Below, piece by piece: positions 50,380-59,160 of a stretch of DNA of 64,000 nt. The stretch covers positions 4,733 to 68,732 of the forward strand of contig JAKUNM010000001.1 in the NCBI GenBank assembly GCA_022451865.1. The letters run 5' to 3'. Source of the DNA: Dehalococcoidia bacterium. Lineage in GTDB: Bacteria; Chloroflexota; Dehalococcoidia; UBA2979. Under the pieces are notes generated by a model. The model searched no databases. It was not told the origin of the DNA and saw nothing but the letters and a program-made list of their open reading frames with translations. Made by a program: the position numbers and the translations under genes. The first letter of the stretch is position 1. The number at the start of each line of letters is the position of its first letter.

Positions 50380-51450
50380 TTATTCTGAAGCTCCAACATC
50401 TTCTGCAATTAATTCCTGCATTGGGTTTGGTATTTTATTAGTCCTATCGATGCCTGCCGTTTTTAAGTATTGCAGATAATCATGGATCCAATCTTTTTTT
50501 AATTTTTCTACGATTGACATTCCTGAATCAATATTGCGAACTCCTCTACCAAATATGACTGCTAAAGCTTCCCAAAGAACATGATCTCTTGTTTCATCAA
50601 GTTGTACTAGTTCCACTCGTGTTAGCCATTCTCCCAGAGTTTCTCGAAGTGCTGGCACTTGGCTGATAGCAAATCGGATATGATCTACTGCATATGCTAT
50701 AGAGCGTGTTCGATCTGATAGTATCCTCCATGCAAGTATTCTGTCAGCCTCTGTCGGTCCATAGACTGATAGATATCGTAGGATGTTTTTTTGGAAAGAT
50801 CCTCGCATGATATACTGAGCTAGTACTGTCTCTGACCAACCTGCGTAAGATTCATAGATGAGCCGGTTTAGCTTCCCTGGACTTTCAAAAAGCATCCCTC
50901 CGCCATTCACCATTGCTCGTTTTCTGTAGCCATCAAACATACGCGCTGAATCGAAAATGGCGGTAGAAAGATAGATCTTAACTTCATGGTAACCTGGGCT
51001 TAAATTTTGTAACCATCCAGAAATTACCTCAGATTCTACAGATGCTTGTTGACATAATTCTGTAGCGACTTGGCATATAGCTAGTTCTATATCTTCCGGG
51101 ATTTCATTTATTGATTCCCAAGGTATTTCAGTGGCAGTTGACCAACGTCTACTAATTGTTTCTTCATAAAGTAAACCGGCTACATCTGCCCATTGTTCAT
51201 ATTTATCTTGAAGATAGTAACCTCCAATATTCCCTACATCTACAGGCCATGCACCCCGTGGTCGACGGTTTCTATAATGAATGCGGTCTGGGATGTCTGC
51301 ATATACGCCAATATTAATTGCATCAATAGTTAGTCCACCTCCATTCAATTCAGGTCGCGCACGTGTTCCCCAACCCAGAGTTTTATCCATCCAACTGAGA
51401 TCATTCGTTTGAGTTTCTTCTGTAGGTATTGCATCAGGTTGTTGAACCAT
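50380..51450 (-). CDS. Conserved hypothetical protein (mostly helical, function unknown), first gene of the minus-strand CoA-transferase operon
   Basis: 356-aa ORF with tight spacing to downstream genes (3-13 nt). No canonical motif recognised. Scattered E/H/DH residues but no clear paired ExxH. Confidence 0.4.
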   Translation of the reverse strand: MVQQPDAIPTEETQTNDLSWMDKTLGWGTRARPELNGGGLTIDAINIGVYADIPDRIHYRNRRPRGAWPVDVGNIGGYYLQDKYEQWADVAGLLYEETISRRWSTATEIPWESINEIPEDIELAICQVATELCQQASVESEVISGWLQNLSPGYHEVKIYLSTAIFDSARMFDGYRKRAMVNGGGMLFESPGKLNRLIYESYAGWSETVLAQYIMRGSFQKNILRYLSVYGPTEADRILAWRILSDRTRSIAYAVDHIRFAISQVPALRETLGEWLTRVELVQLDETRDHVLWEALAVIFGRGVRNIDSGMSIVEKLKKDWIHDYLQYLKTAGIDRTNKIPNPMQELIAEDVGASE

Positions 51451-51551
51451 AAAATTATGCTTTCGAATTGATACCGTAATGGCGGTAGTGTACTGGTTCT
51501 GAAGTAACTAGCATAGTGGTCAATGATGGGAAAAATAGAATTAACTGTATT

Positions 51552-51639
51552 TGGTGCCGGGAGAGGGACTCGAACCCTCACGAGATTATATCTCGGCAGA
51601 TTTTAAGTCTGCTGCGTCTGCCTATTCCGCCATCCCGGC
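51552..51639 (-). tRNA. tRNA-Leu (anticodon TAA)
   Basis: Minus-strand sequence GCCGGGA-TG-GCG-GAATAGGCAGA-CGC-A-GCAGA-CTTAAAA-TCTGC-[long variable arm CGAGATATAATCTCGTG]-GAGGG-TTCGAGT-CCCTC-TCCCGGC-ACCA. 7-bp acceptor, anticodon loop CT-TAA-AA, long variable arm typical of tRNA-Leu, CCA encoded; 88 nt. Confidence 0.85.
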
Positions 51640-51666
51640 AATAACCTGAATAAAACATTTTCCCAA

Positions 51667-54465
51667 TTGTTCTCTAGAGTGCAACGATTGAGAAAATTAA
51701 TTCTTGAGGTGTTATCCTGTCTCATCGTACACTGTTTGTCTACCTCTCCAAAATCTTCTCCCCAAAAGGTGATTTTTTTGGCAAAAAATTTGGCAACAGT
51801 TAATTCTATTTCTGAATCCACACACCGGCAGGAAATAATACCTCCATCCGTGTCTGATGATCTTACTCCTGCACGTCGTCAATATCTAAAACTTAAGAAC
51901 AAAAACCCAAACGCTATCTTATTTTTCAGAATGGGTGATTTTTATGAAACATTTGATGATGATGCTAAGGTAATTTCAGCAGAACTTGGTCTGGCTCTAA
52001 CATCTCGACCTATGGGTAAATCAGAAGGTCGAATTCCATTGGCTGGTATTCCTTATCATCAATTAGATCGATATTTAGATCGATTGCTTAATGCGGGACA
52101 TAAAGTTGCTATCGCTGAGCAAGTAAGTGAACCTGGCAAAGGTTTGGTTGAGCGACGTATTGTTCGAGTCGTCACTCCAGGTACTATCGACAGTGACAGT
52201 TTATTTACTGCTGGTTTTCATAATTGGCTATGTTCGAGTGTCCCTGTTGTTAATAGCTCTTCACAAACAACATTATGGGGATTTGCTGCCTGTGATGTGA
52301 CAACCGGGGAGATTGAAATGCAAATCCTCACTGATGAAGGTTTACTCAACGAACTTTCTAGATTGCGACCTAGTGAATTAATTGTTCCTCCAAAAACTGT
52401 TTTACCATCTGAACAAATCCTTAAGGACATTTATTTGACAGTTCGTCCTTCTGAATTTTTTGTTAGTTCAAAAGCTAAACAGAAATTAAGAAAACTATTC
52501 AAAGATTCTATTGAACAAAATTTTAATGATATTTACATGGACCCTGCCCTTGGTGCTGTTGGATCTTTAGTTAGTTATTTGGAAGAAACATGGGAAAGTG
52601 CGATGGCAAATCTCCGATATCCTGTGTTTATTGGTTCATCTCAATTTATGGTAATTGATGCACAAACTCAGAAAAATTTAGAAATTTTTTCTTCCTCAGG
52701 GTCAGATCGGCGGAGTGGTTCATTACTCAATTCTATTGATAAGACCTTAACTGCCATGGGTAAAAGACTGCTTGTGCAACGTTTGGGAAGACCTTTATTA
52801 GATGTAGAAGCTCTTGAAAGACGTTTAAATCAAATACAAACCTTTACAGAATCTACGAAGATAAGAGATCTTTTGCGGCATTATCTTATTGATATTCCTG
52901 ATATGGAAAGGTTAACTGCACGAATTAGAGGTGGCCCCTATAATGCAAGAGATTTTGTAAAGTTACGATTTGGTTTAGAGAAAATTGTTTCTATTGATGA
53001 AATATTATCTGTTACTAATCAAGAGCTATCTGATATAAGTCACGATAATCTATCTAGAGTTACAGATCTGCTGTCGATTTTGCGAGCAGGTATTAATGAT
53101 GATCCTCCAGTTGATCTATCAGATGGTGGAACAATTCGATCAGGTTATAGCAAAGAAGTTGATGATTTAAGATTGATAGCAAGTTCCGCGCGCGAGAAAT
53201 TAAGTGATCTCGAATTACTCGAGCGACAACGTACAGGCCTACAGTCACTTAAAATTGGATATCATCGCGTGCATGGTTATTATATAGAACTATCTAAGGC
53301 TCAATCACAAGATGCTCCCCAAGAATATGTGCCACGACAAACTTTAGTATCATCGCAACGATTTGGTTATGCACCTCTTGATTCTCTTGAGAAAGAGATA
53401 TTAAGTAGCGCTGAAAATTTGTTGGCTGTTGAGCAAAGTGTCCTAGAAAAAATTGGTTCTGTAGTCACTGCAGCGAGTGAATTGTTGTTAGCCGCCTCTA
53501 AAACAATAGCAATTCTTGATGTTAGTACATCATTAGCTCAGATAGCTGTTGATTATGAGTATGTAAGACCACTTTATACGAAAACTGGTTCGCTCGATAT
53601 AATTGAAGGTCGACATCCAGTTTTAGAACAATCATTAGAACTGGGTGGCTTTATACCGAATGATATTTCATTAGGTTCCAATGCTGATATTATTCTACTT
53701 ACCGGACCAAATATGGGTGGAAAATCAACTTATCTGCGGCAAGTTGCTTTGATTTTTCTTTTAGCTCAGTGTGGTAGTTTTGTTCCTGCCAATAAAGCCA
53801 CTATTCCACTACGTGATAGGATTTTTTCACGTGTTGGCGCACAGGATAATTTAGCAGCTGGACAATCGACTTTTATGGTTGAAATGCTTGAGACGGCGGT
53901 TATCTTGAACAAAGCTACGGAAGATTCATTAGTTCTGTTGGATGAGGTTGGCCGAGGAACTTCGACATATGATGGTTTAGCAATTGCTCAAGCAACTATA
54001 GAGCATTTGTATAATTCTTTACTAGGTACTCCACTTACTTTATTTGCGACTCATTATCGAGAGCTAACTGAAATTGTTTCTTCCTTTGATCGCATTAAGA
54101 ATTGTTCTGTTTCGGTAAAAGAAACTTCTGAAGGATATGTTTTTTTGCATCAAATTATTGAAGGCTCTTCAGATCGATCATATGGCATTCATGTCGCAAA
54201 ACTTGCAGGACTTCCTCCCACTGCAGTACTAAGAGCTGCAGAACTAGTAAAGATTTTTGAATCGAGTAATGATTTGGAAATTCAAACTTCAGAAATAATT
54301 AATTCCTTTAGTGATGAACTAGATCAAAAATCAGAGATATTTAACTTGGCTGGGAAAATTGCAAAACTAGACTTAGACCATCTTTCTCCACTGGAAGCAC
54401 TTCAAGAACTTTATGAATTGCAATTAATGGTCAATAGTTCTTTAGAATCATCGCAGAATGATTGA
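51667..54465 (+). CDS. mutS: DNA mismatch repair protein MutS
   Basis: Mismatch-binding domain with GDFYETFDDDA. Walker A GPNMGGKSTYLRQ; DEVGRGTSTYDG. Start ambiguous: TTG at 51667 gives a ~60-aa non-conserved leader; GTG at 51850 would begin ...SDDLTPARRQYLKLK as in typical MutS. Confidence 0.9.
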   Translation: MFSRVQRLRKLILEVLSCLIVHCLSTSPKSSPQKVIFLAKNLATVNSISESTHRQEIIPPSVSDDLTPARRQYLKLKNKNPNAILFFRMGDFYETFDDDAKVISAELGLALTSRPMGKSEGRIPLAGIPYHQLDRYLDRLLNAGHKVAIAEQVSEPGKGLVERRIVRVVTPGTIDSDSLFTAGFHNWLCSSVPVVNSSSQTTLWGFAACDVTTGEIEMQILTDEGLLNELSRLRPSELIVPPKTVLPSEQILKDIYLTVRPSEFFVSSKAKQKLRKLFKDSIEQNFNDIYMDPALGAVGSLVSYLEETWESAMANLRYPVFIGSSQFMVIDAQTQKNLEIFSSSGSDRRSGSLLNSIDKTLTAMGKRLLVQRLGRPLLDVEALERRLNQIQTFTESTKIRDLLRHYLIDIPDMERLTARIRGGPYNARDFVKLRFGLEKIVSIDEILSVTNQELSDISHDNLSRVTDLLSILRAGINDDPPVDLSDGGTIRSGYSKEVDDLRLIASSAREKLSDLELLERQRTGLQSLKIGYHRVHGYYIELSKAQSQDAPQEYVPRQTLVSSQRFGYAPLDSLEKEILSSAENLLAVEQSVLEKIGSVVTAASELLLAASKTIAILDVSTSLAQIAVDYEYVRPLYTKTGSLDIIEGRHPVLEQSLELGGFIPNDISLGSNADIILLTGPNMGGKSTYLRQVALIFLLAQCGSFVPANKATIPLRDRIFSRVGAQDNLAAGQSTFMVEMLETAVILNKATEDSLVLLDEVGRGTSTYDGLAIAQATIEHLYNSLLGTPLTLFATHYRELTEIVSSFDRIKNCSVSVKETSEGYVFLHQIIEGSSDRSYGIHVAKLAGLPPTAVLRAAELVKIFESSNDLEIQTSEIINSFSDELDQKSEIFNLAGKIAKLDLDHLSPLEALQELYELQLMVNSSLESSQND

Positions 54466-54479
54466 ATTTGTAGGGGCAT

Positions 54480-56291
54480 ATGATAAAAAATACAATTGCT
54501 CGCATTGAGATACTTCCTGAAGATATTGCTGCACGTATAGCCGCAGGTGAAGTAATTGAAAGACCTGCAAGCGTAGTAAAAGAGTTGGTTGAGAATTCAA
54601 TAGATGCCGGAGCCACTCGAGTTGATATTTCTATTGATGAAGGAGGAATTTCTTCCATTCGTGTGCGCGATAATGGACATGGGATACCCTCTGATCAAAT
54701 AAATAATGCTTTTATTAGACACGCTACATCAAAATTAAAAACAATTGATGATCTCTATTCTGTTCGTACTTTAGGATTTCGCGGTGAAGCTTTGGCTTCG
54801 ATTGTTGCTGCTGGTAATGTTGATTTGATTACAAGAACAGCATCTGATCTCAATGCATCATTTATGCAATTTAACTCTGGAACACATGGTGAAATTTTAC
54901 CTTATGCAGCTGCAAAAGGAACTTCTGTAGAAGTAAATGATCTTTTTGCAATGTTACCAGCACGTAGAAAATTTATTGGCAAGCCTTTGTCCGAGAAACG
55001 TGCAGTAGTTCGTTTAGTCGAAGAATATATTATTGGTTATCCCTCTATACGTTTTGTCCTCATGGATGGAAATAAAATACTGCTTAAATCTAGTGGTAAT
55101 GGAGTCTTGCAAGAAGCTATCGCCACGGTTCATGGGAATGAAGTTGCAGAGACATTAATTCCTTTTAAATATGATGAAGACCTTGGAAGTGAGATGACAA
55201 TTCGAGGGTTTATTGGACCACCTTCCTTACATCGTTCTAACCGAAATTTTATGCATCTATTTGTTCAAAATCGGGCTATCAAATCTCGTAGTCTTAATGT
55301 TGCTATTGAACAATCATATTCCGGTTTGATTCCTCGCAATCGACATCCTGTATCCGTTCTATTGCTACAGCTGCCTGACGAACATGTCGATGTCAATGCG
55401 CATCCCAGAAAAGAATCAGTACGATTTTTAGACGATAGGTCAGTATTTAAAGCTGTTCGTATTGCGGTATCTAAAGGCCTCATGGATAAAAGGAGTCTAG
55501 AAAATCGGCAAGAAGGTTTTTCACGTGAATTTGACATAACAAAAACTGCTAGACAGAAAATTCTTTTGAGTGCTAAATCTTCACTAATTAGATCTGGAAT
55601 AACTGATGAAGTTAAGCATTATTTCGATGTTAATAATAATGTTTCTGATACTCCTCACGATTTTAATACAAATTTTACTTTTGAATTTAGTGATTTAGTT
55701 CCTATCTTGAAACCTATAGGGCAATTTGCTCTGACATATATTATTGCTGAAGGTCCTGAAGGGTTGTATTTGATAGATCAGCATGCAGCACATGAAAGAG
55801 TGCAGTACGAGAAAATTTTGCGAAATCGTAATCAAATTAATGGTGATGTTACCCAACCATTACTTCAAACTATTGTTCTTGAAATGAGTGCTTCAGAACT
55901 AGCTTTTGTAGAGCAAATTTTTGATGAATTACATCAAGTCGGATGGATTTTGGGAAAAACGGATGGTAATGCAATTTTACTTCGAGGTATTCCAGCTATT
56001 CTTAGTACGGATGCCTTACGTAAGAAGCAACCGTTAGATGCAGATCTTCTTTTTCGTGAATATATAGCATCCATGGAGTCTGAGGAAGGTCAAAGTTACC
56101 CTGATCGTGTTGCCGCATCTCTGGCTTGTCGCTCTGCAGTTATGGCTGGCGATATTCTTACTGAAAAACAACAGCGTGTGGTTATCGAAGCTCTTGAAAA
56201 AACTAATAACCCGCAAACCTGTCCTCATGGTCGCCCTACTATGTTGTACTGCCAGCAATTTGATATTGAGAGAGCGTTCTTGAGAAGATAG
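54480..56291 (+). CDS. mutL: DNA mismatch repair protein MutL
   Basis: GHKL ATPase motifs ELVENSIDAGATRVDISIDEGG and VRDNGHGI. C-terminal dimerisation domain. RBS AGGGG. Confidence 0.9.
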   Translation: MIKNTIARIEILPEDIAARIAAGEVIERPASVVKELVENSIDAGATRVDISIDEGGISSIRVRDNGHGIPSDQINNAFIRHATSKLKTIDDLYSVRTLGFRGEALASIVAAGNVDLITRTASDLNASFMQFNSGTHGEILPYAAAKGTSVEVNDLFAMLPARRKFIGKPLSEKRAVVRLVEEYIIGYPSIRFVLMDGNKILLKSSGNGVLQEAIATVHGNEVAETLIPFKYDEDLGSEMTIRGFIGPPSLHRSNRNFMHLFVQNRAIKSRSLNVAIEQSYSGLIPRNRHPVSVLLLQLPDEHVDVNAHPRKESVRFLDDRSVFKAVRIAVSKGLMDKRSLENRQEGFSREFDITKTARQKILLSAKSSLIRSGITDEVKHYFDVNNNVSDTPHDFNTNFTFEFSDLVPILKPIGQFALTYIIAEGPEGLYLIDQHAAHERVQYEKILRNRNQINGDVTQPLLQTIVLEMSASELAFVEQIFDELHQVGWILGKTDGNAILLRGIPAILSTDALRKKQPLDADLLFREYIASMESEEGQSYPDRVAASLACRSAVMAGDILTEKQQRVVIEALEKTNNPQTCPHGRPTMLYCQQFDIERAFLRR

Positions 56292-56353
56292 ACTATCTCT
56301 ATGGTGCAATTTAGTTGCAACATACAAAACTATATGTAGCCTATAGAGTCAAT

Positions 56354-56429
56354 GCCGAGATAGCTCAGTTGGTAGAGCACACGACTGAAAATCGTGGTGT
56401 CCCCAGTTCAATCCTGGGTCTCGGCACCA
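56354..56429 (+). tRNA. tRNA-Phe (anticodon GAA)
   Basis: GCCGAGA-TA-GCTC-AGTTGGTA-GAGC-A-CACGA-CTGAAAA-TCGTG-GTGTC-CCCAG-TTCAATC-CTGGG-TCTCGGC-ACCA. Canonical cloverleaf, anticodon GAA, CCA encoded; 76 nt. Confidence 0.9.
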
Positions 56430-56434
56430 TCTTT

Positions 56435-58084
56435 CTAGCTTGCAGGTACCCAACCACCATATACAGGGAATTGGCTGCATATAAATTCTAGATATGCTGG
56501 TTGTCCTTTTTCATTAGCTGCTAGCGCTTCTTCTAGTGCGTTTTCTATTTCATCGGGATCATCAATACGTAATGATAAGTAACCAAGTTCAGCAGCAATT
56601 TTTGACATATTTAATTCATTGTATCCGGTAACTTCGTGCGTATAAGGATCATGCCCATCTCCCCAAAAGCCTGGACCATACCCTGCGAATCCTCCATTCG
56701 CTATATGTACTATGGTGATTCCAAGCTGATATCTGGTGGCTACTTCTAAATTTCCTAGCATATAACCGATACCTGCATCACCGCTTACTGCTACACATTG
56801 TCGGTTGGGGAAAGATAATTTTGCAGCGATAACTCCACCGAAGCTAAAACCCAAAGTTGAAACATTCCCCCAGCCTAAGAATCCTCTCGGGATCGTCGTT
56901 TTATATGCGGTAGATAATTGGTCTCTTGTATTGCCTGATTCATGTGTGAGGAATGAGTTGTATGGGTCTAGTGTGTTTTGGAGACCAGAATATACACGGT
57001 ATGGATTAATTGGTTTGTCCGTTGAGTTCAAGTATTCATTATATTCATTTGTAAACTCATTTTTAGAATTTTCAACTTCTTGGAGTAAATTTTTATTGTG
57101 ATTATGTATAGAATTTTTCTTAAGTTCATTTATTAATGCACGTAAAGAAAGTTGGACGTCACCAATGATGGCATAATCAGTAGGACTCATTTTATTGATA
57201 TCCCATTCGTCAATTATAATTTGAACAATTTTTTTCTGAGATGCATTGGGAATGCCATGGCTAAATCTTCCTGGGGAAAGACTAGCTCCAATTGCAAAGA
57301 TAGTATCACTTTCATTAAGGAATTTTGTTGCAGGTCCTCCTCTTACTCCTATGGATAGGTCGTGCGTTTCAGGAAATGCACCTTTAGCTTTATTTGTAGT
57401 AATAACTGGAGTTTCCATTAGTTCTGCTAATTCTAAAAGTTCATCAGTCGCATTCCCGTAGAGTATGCCTTCTCCAGCAAAAATTAATGGTCTACCTGCA
57501 TCACGTAGGATCTGTGCTGCTTGAGAGACATCTGAAGGATCAGGTCCAGATCTCCATCCTTTAACAGGAATATATGGGTTTGTATTTTCATCGTATTCTC
57601 CTAATCCTCTTGGAATAGCAAGAAATACAGGCCCAGGTCTGCCAGTTCGTAATAATGTAAATGCTCTTCGTAGAAATTGTGGAGTTGATTCCGGGGTATC
57701 GATCCTCGCTGACCATTTTGTAACATGTTTAAAAGCTGCTACTGGGTCAAAAGGTGAATTTTGAGTTTGTCCAGTTGGCACTCCATCGGCAAGCAATAGC
57801 ATGGGGGATCCATCTTCATAAGCCTGGGCCATTGCTCCATATGCTATCTGAAGTCCTGCTGAATTTACGCCTCCCATTACTGTTGCTACACCAATTTTAT
57901 TTCCATTGTTAAGCCTTGAATATGCATCTGCAACTGCAGGTGCATAGCGATCGTCACGCATCATGACTAAGCGCATATTTTCTTTTCCCAGTGCATTATT
58001 GACTGCATTTGTGGGGAAAGTTGAAACAAATTCAACGCCTTCAGATTTTAAAATTTTTGCTATACCTACTTCTGGTGTGATCAT
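56435..58084 (-). CDS. Thiamine pyrophosphate-dependent enzyme (acetolactate synthase large subunit / sulfoacetaldehyde acetyltransferase-like)
   Basis: Three-domain TPP-enzyme layout. TPP-binding motif SGDAGIGYMLGNLEVATRYQLGITIVHIANGGF (GDG...NN-type); 549 aa. Confidence 0.75.
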   Translation of the reverse strand: MITPEVGIAKILKSEGVEFVSTFPTNAVNNALGKENMRLVMMRDDRYAPAVADAYSRLNNGNKIGVATVMGGVNSAGLQIAYGAMAQAYEDGSPMLLLADGVPTGQTQNSPFDPVAAFKHVTKWSARIDTPESTPQFLRRAFTLLRTGRPGPVFLAIPRGLGEYDENTNPYIPVKGWRSGPDPSDVSQAAQILRDAGRPLIFAGEGILYGNATDELLELAELMETPVITTNKAKGAFPETHDLSIGVRGGPATKFLNESDTIFAIGASLSPGRFSHGIPNASQKKIVQIIIDEWDINKMSPTDYAIIGDVQLSLRALINELKKNSIHNHNKNLLQEVENSKNEFTNEYNEYLNSTDKPINPYRVYSGLQNTLDPYNSFLTHESGNTRDQLSTAYKTTIPRGFLGWGNVSTLGFSFGGVIAAKLSFPNRQCVAVSGDAGIGYMLGNLEVATRYQLGITIVHIANGGFAGYGPGFWGDGHDPYTHEVTGYNELNMSKIAAELGYLSLRIDDPDEIENALEEALAANEKGQPAYLEFICSQFPVYGGWVPAS

Positions 58085-58277
58085 TATATTGGTTACTCCA
58101 TGCTGTTTTTGCCAATGAATTGTTAATCGATGTATAGATTAAGTCTCAACAAAATACAAGAGGAAAAGAAACAATACATGTTTTTTTAAAAAAAATGACA
58201 ATATTTTTTATTAATTGTCCATTACATCAACCTAAAGTTTTGGTGCGTGATGAATATGCCTGCTATTATCCTAAGGT

Positions 58278-59147
58278 TTGATAGAGGTTTATATGGGAAG
58301 AATTTTTGTCATAGGCGGTGGTTTAGGTGTCGGTGCAACAACAATTGCGGTTGGGCTTACAAAATATTTAATTGATAAAGGCTATGCTATCTCCTTAGAT
58401 CGATTTGGCAGTGATGATCGTGCTAACGATGATTTTCAATTATTTAAGGATCTAGGGTTCAGTAGAGAGAATGCCCCTCTAACTTTAGATCAAATTTCTG
58501 TGCCACCTACTGAAGGCTTAATTCAAATTATTGAACTTCCGCATGATACTGAAATTGATGTAATTCATCGTCAATTTGAAGCACGAATAGTATATGTACA
58601 AGCAATGGGAACTGAAAAAATCGCCCCTGATGAAAGTATTATCTTCTTAAATCGTGCTAGTGAATCTAGTGTTGGAGTATTGATGGAAGACAGGTGCTTA
58701 GCTTCTCCACGTGTAATTGATTTGGTTGGTGTAAGTAACGCAGACGTCCTCGTTTATTCAAGTGAAGGGCAAAATGCCATTTGTGAGAATATTGTGGCAG
58801 GTGCAATTTCGCATGATCCAGCAGATGATTATTTCCAACGCTTTGCCAACTCAGCTATCGTTACTCGTAATGGTCGTGTTGACCTTGCATTGGCAGCGAT
58901 GCTTTCTGGTGCGAAATGCTTAATTTTAAGTGGTGGCGGAAACCCTAGTCCTTATATTTTAGACCGAGCAGCTTCTGATCGTTCTACAACTATCCTACTA
59001 ACTAAAGATTCGACTGTTGCTACGTTAAAAAATATTCAAGGTGCATTTGGGATAGCGCCTTTCTCAGGCGACGAAAAGATCGAAAAAATTACGCAATTGT
59101 TTATAGATGTAATTGATGATGAATTAGTGCGAGCACTAACAGTATAG
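58278..59147 (+). CDS. Stand-alone phosphotransacetylase N-terminal-like regulatory protein (degenerate P-loop domain plus DRTGG-like domain)
   Basis: N-terminal Gly-rich loop IFVIGGGLGVGATTIAVGL lacks the Walker lysine. C-terminal LILSGGGNPSPYILDRAASDRSTTILLTKDST resembles the DRTGG domain of Pta N-terminal regions. No catalytic PTA domain. Confidence 0.45.
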   Translation: MIEVYMGRIFVIGGGLGVGATTIAVGLTKYLIDKGYAISLDRFGSDDRANDDFQLFKDLGFSRENAPLTLDQISVPPTEGLIQIIELPHDTEIDVIHRQFEARIVYVQAMGTEKIAPDESIIFLNRASESSVGVLMEDRCLASPRVIDLVGVSNADVLVYSSEGQNAICENIVAGAISHDPADDYFQRFANSAIVTRNGRVDLALAAMLSGAKCLILSGGGNPSPYILDRAASDRSTTILLTKDSTVATLKNIQGAFGIAPFSGDEKIEKITQLFIDVIDDELVRALTV

Positions 59148-59160
59148 AAGTTTAAACATC

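Noticed and set aside
51603-51821. 72-aa minus-strand ORF
   Set aside because: Overlaps the tRNA-Leu gene and the mutS leader; no coding signal.
51552-56429. Possible genomic island bounded by tRNA-Leu and tRNA-Phe
   Set aside because: The intervening genes are core mutS-mutL. There is no integrase, no direct repeats of a tRNA 3' end, and no compositional shift, so it is not an integrated element.
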